Below are positions 62,013 to 64,000 of a stretch of DNA of 64,000 nt, piece by piece. The DNA is from Escherichia coli (lineage in GTDB: Bacteria > Pseudomonadota > Gammaproteobacteria > Enterobacterales > Enterobacteriaceae). The position numbers were made by a program, and so were the translations under genes. The stretch lies in NCBI RefSeq assembly GCF_003018255.1, contig NZ_CP027440.1; one strand, given 5' to 3'. Position 1 is the first letter of the stretch. Each line of letters starts with the position of its first letter. The notes beneath the pieces were generated by a model. The model did no database searches. It saw nothing but the letters and a program-made list of their open reading frames with translations, and had not been told where the DNA came from.

Positions 62013-63098
62013 ATGATGAAAACGATGCGTATTGCTGCGATCCCGGGAGACGGGATTGGCAAAGAAGTCCTTCCTGAAGGGATTCGCGTGTTACAGGCTG
62101 CCGCTGAGCGCTGGGGCTTCGCCTTGAGTTTTGAGCAAATGGAGTGGGCGAGCTGCGAGTATTACAGCCATCACGGTAAAATGATGCCGGACGACTGGCA
62201 TGAGCAACTTAGCCGTTTCGACGCCATCTATTTTGGTGCCGTCGGCTGGCCGGACACCGTTCCGGACCATATTTCGTTGTGGGGTTCGCTGCTGAAATTT
62301 CGTCGTGAATTCGACCAGTACGTCAACCTGCGCCCGGTTCGTCTCTTTCCTGGCGTTCCCTGCCCGCTGGCGGGAAAACAGCCTGGCGACATCGATTTTT
62401 ACGTGGTCAGGGAAAACACCGAAGGCGAATATTCCTCGCTCGGCGGCAGAGTGAATGAAGGTACAGTGCATGAAGTCGTCATTCAGGAATCGGTATTTAC
62501 TCGTCGTGGTGTCGATCGTATTTTGCGCTATGCCTTTGAACTTGCGCAAAGCCGCCCACGTAAGACGCTAACTTCTGCCACTAAATCGAACGGTTTAGCC
62601 ATCAGCATGCCGTACTGGGATGAGCGAGTGGAAGCAATGGCTGAGAATTACCCGGAGATCCGCTGGGACAAGCAGCATATTGACATTCTCTGCGCACGTT
62701 TTGTGATGCAACCGGAACGCTTCGATGTGGTAGTGGCGTCCAATTTGTTTGGCGATATCCTTTCCGATCTTGGCCCGGCCTGCACCGGCACCATTGGCAT
62801 TGCCCCATCCGCCAACCTGAATCCGGAACGCACTTTCCCGTCGCTCTTCGAGCCTGTCCACGGTTCCGCGCCGGATATCTACGGGAAAAAAATTGCTAAC
62901 CCTATCGCCACAATTTGGGCCGGTGCAATGATGCTCGATTTTCTCGGCAATGGAGATGAGCGTTTCCAGCAAGCGCATAACGGTATTCTGGCCGCGATTG
63001 AAGAAGTGATTGATCACGGGCCGAAAACACCTGATATGAAAGGCAATGCCACCACGCCACAGGTTGCCGACGCGATTTGCAAAATTATTTTGCGTTAA
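62013..63098 (+). CDS. dmlA: D-malate / 3-isopropylmalate dehydrogenase-family enzyme DmlA
   Basis: 361-aa ORF, isocitrate/isopropylmalate dehydrogenase family. Confidence 0.85.
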   Translation: MMKTMRIAAIPGDGIGKEVLPEGIRVLQAAAERWGFALSFEQMEWASCEYYSHHGKMMPDDWHEQLSRFDAIYFGAVGWPDTVPDHISLWGSLLKFRREFDQYVNLRPVRLFPGVPCPLAGKQPGDIDFYVVRENTEGEYSSLGGRVNEGTVHEVVIQESVFTRRGVDRILRYAFELAQSRPRKTLTSATKSNGLAISMPYWDERVEAMAENYPEIRWDKQHIDILCARFVMQPERFDVVVASNLFGDILSDLGPACTGTIGIAPSANLNPERTFPSLFEPVHGSAPDIYGKKIANPIATIWAGAMMLDFLGNGDERFQQAHNGILAAIEEVIDHGPKTPDMKGNATTPQVADAICKIILR

Positions 63099-63117
63099 GG
63101 TCAAACCAGTTTATTTG

Positions 63118-63145
63118 AACCGCGTCACTGACGCGGTTTTTTTAT
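63118..63145 (+). terminator. Intrinsic terminator of dmlA
   Basis: CCGCGTCACTGACGCGG hairpin followed by TTTTTTTATT. Confidence 0.85.
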
Positions 63146-63348
63146 TCGTTCTTTGCAGTAAATAACCTGCGTCATTTCACCTTTTATTGTTTCCGTTTCG
63201 TGTTTTATGGCTTTCCGTATTCTTAATTGTTTAATTTATGTAACATGCAAATAATCAATTTGTTAATCACGACATACAACTCATTACCCTGCAAATAATT
63301 ACAACTGGCAAAAGCCAGAGACGGGCTTTTATGCCCAGGAGATGACTC

Positions 63349-64000
63349 ATGATGAGCAATGTTAAGAAAAAAGATGTGCCGCTGATAAGCATCAGCCTGG
63401 TGGCCATTCTTTTCATCGCAGCTGCATTAAGCCTTTTCCCACAACAATCGGCCGACGCGGCCAACGCAATATACACTTTTGTTACGCGTACGTTAGGTTC
63501 CGCCGTACAGGTATTGGTTTTGCTGGCAATGGGACTGGTGATTTATTTAGCCACCAGTAAATACGGCAATATTCGTCTTGGCGAAGGAAAACCGGAATAC
63601 AGCACGCTCTCATGGCTGTTTATGTTTATTTGTGCCGGTTTAGGTTCTTCTACGCTTTATTGGGGGGTTGCTGAATGGGCCTATTATTATCAAACGCCTG
63701 GATTAAATATCGCACCGCGTTCACAACAGGCACTCGAATTTAGCGTTCCCTACTCCTTCTTCCACTGGGGCATCAGCGCCTGGGCAACTTATACGCTGGC
63801 CTCATTAATCATGGCTTATCACTTTCATGTGCGGAAAAATAAAGGGCTGAGCCTTTCCGGCATTATTGCTGCTATTACCGGCGTTCGCCCGCAAGGCCCG
63901 TGGGGAAAACTGGTCGATTTGATGTTCCTGATCGCCACTGTCGGCGCACTGACCATTTCCCTTGTTGTCACCGCAGCAACCTTTACCCGTGGGCTTTCCG
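63349..64000 (+). CDS. yeaV: BCCT-family transporter YeaV (5' partial, runs off window end)
   Basis: Open frame from ATG 63349 ([15 protein letters not shown]...) with RBS aggag 8 nt upstream; hydrophobic TM segments; no stop before 64000. Confidence 0.75.
   Translation, partial: MMSNVKKKDVPLISISLVAILFIAAALSLFPQQSADAANAIYTFVTRTLGSAVQVLVLLAMGLVIYLATSKYGNIRLGEGKPEYSTLSWLFMFICAGLGSSTLYWGVAEWAYYYQTPGLNIAPRSQQALEFSVPYSFFHWGISAWATYTLASLIMAYHFHVRKNKGLSLSGIIAAITGVRPQGPWGKLVDLMFLIATVGALTISLVVTAATFTRGLS

Overview
This window reads as a contiguous stretch of Escherichia coli-type core chromosome, running from yniB/yniC through ydjM, tcyP, cedA, katE, the chbBCARFG chitobiose operon, osmE, nadE, cho, ves, spy, the astCADBE operon, xthA, ydjXYZ-ynjABCDE, ynjF, nudG, ynjH, gdhA, topB-selD-ydjA, sppA, ansA, pncA, yeaC-msrB, gapA, yeaD, yeaE, mipA, yeaG-yeaH, the GGDEF genes yeaI/yeaJ/yeaP, yeaK-yeaV. 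Gene identities were assigned by recognising the translated ORFs; start codons were re-derived by reading the sequence where the ORF track over-extends the N-terminus. I found no CRISPR array, IS element, integrase, prophage, tRNA or rRNA gene, and no clearly novel system: the region is ordinary housekeeping and stress-response chromosome. The observations most worth a second look are: (1) yeaE is split by a -1 frameshift in a G6 homopolymer; (2) three blocks that I recall from the K-12 gene order (ydjO, ynjI, and the ydjE-ydjL cluster) are absent, with short hairpin-bearing junctions; (3) the poorly characterised ydjXYZ-ynjABCDE cluster looks like a coherent periplasmic sulfur/redox transport module, which is inference only; (4) three small membrane proteins (yoaI, yoaK, yoaJ) fall below the ORF-track cutoff; (5) sigma-54, LexA and BaeR sites readable directly in intergenic regions. 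All comparisons to K-12 are from memory and need alignment to confirm.
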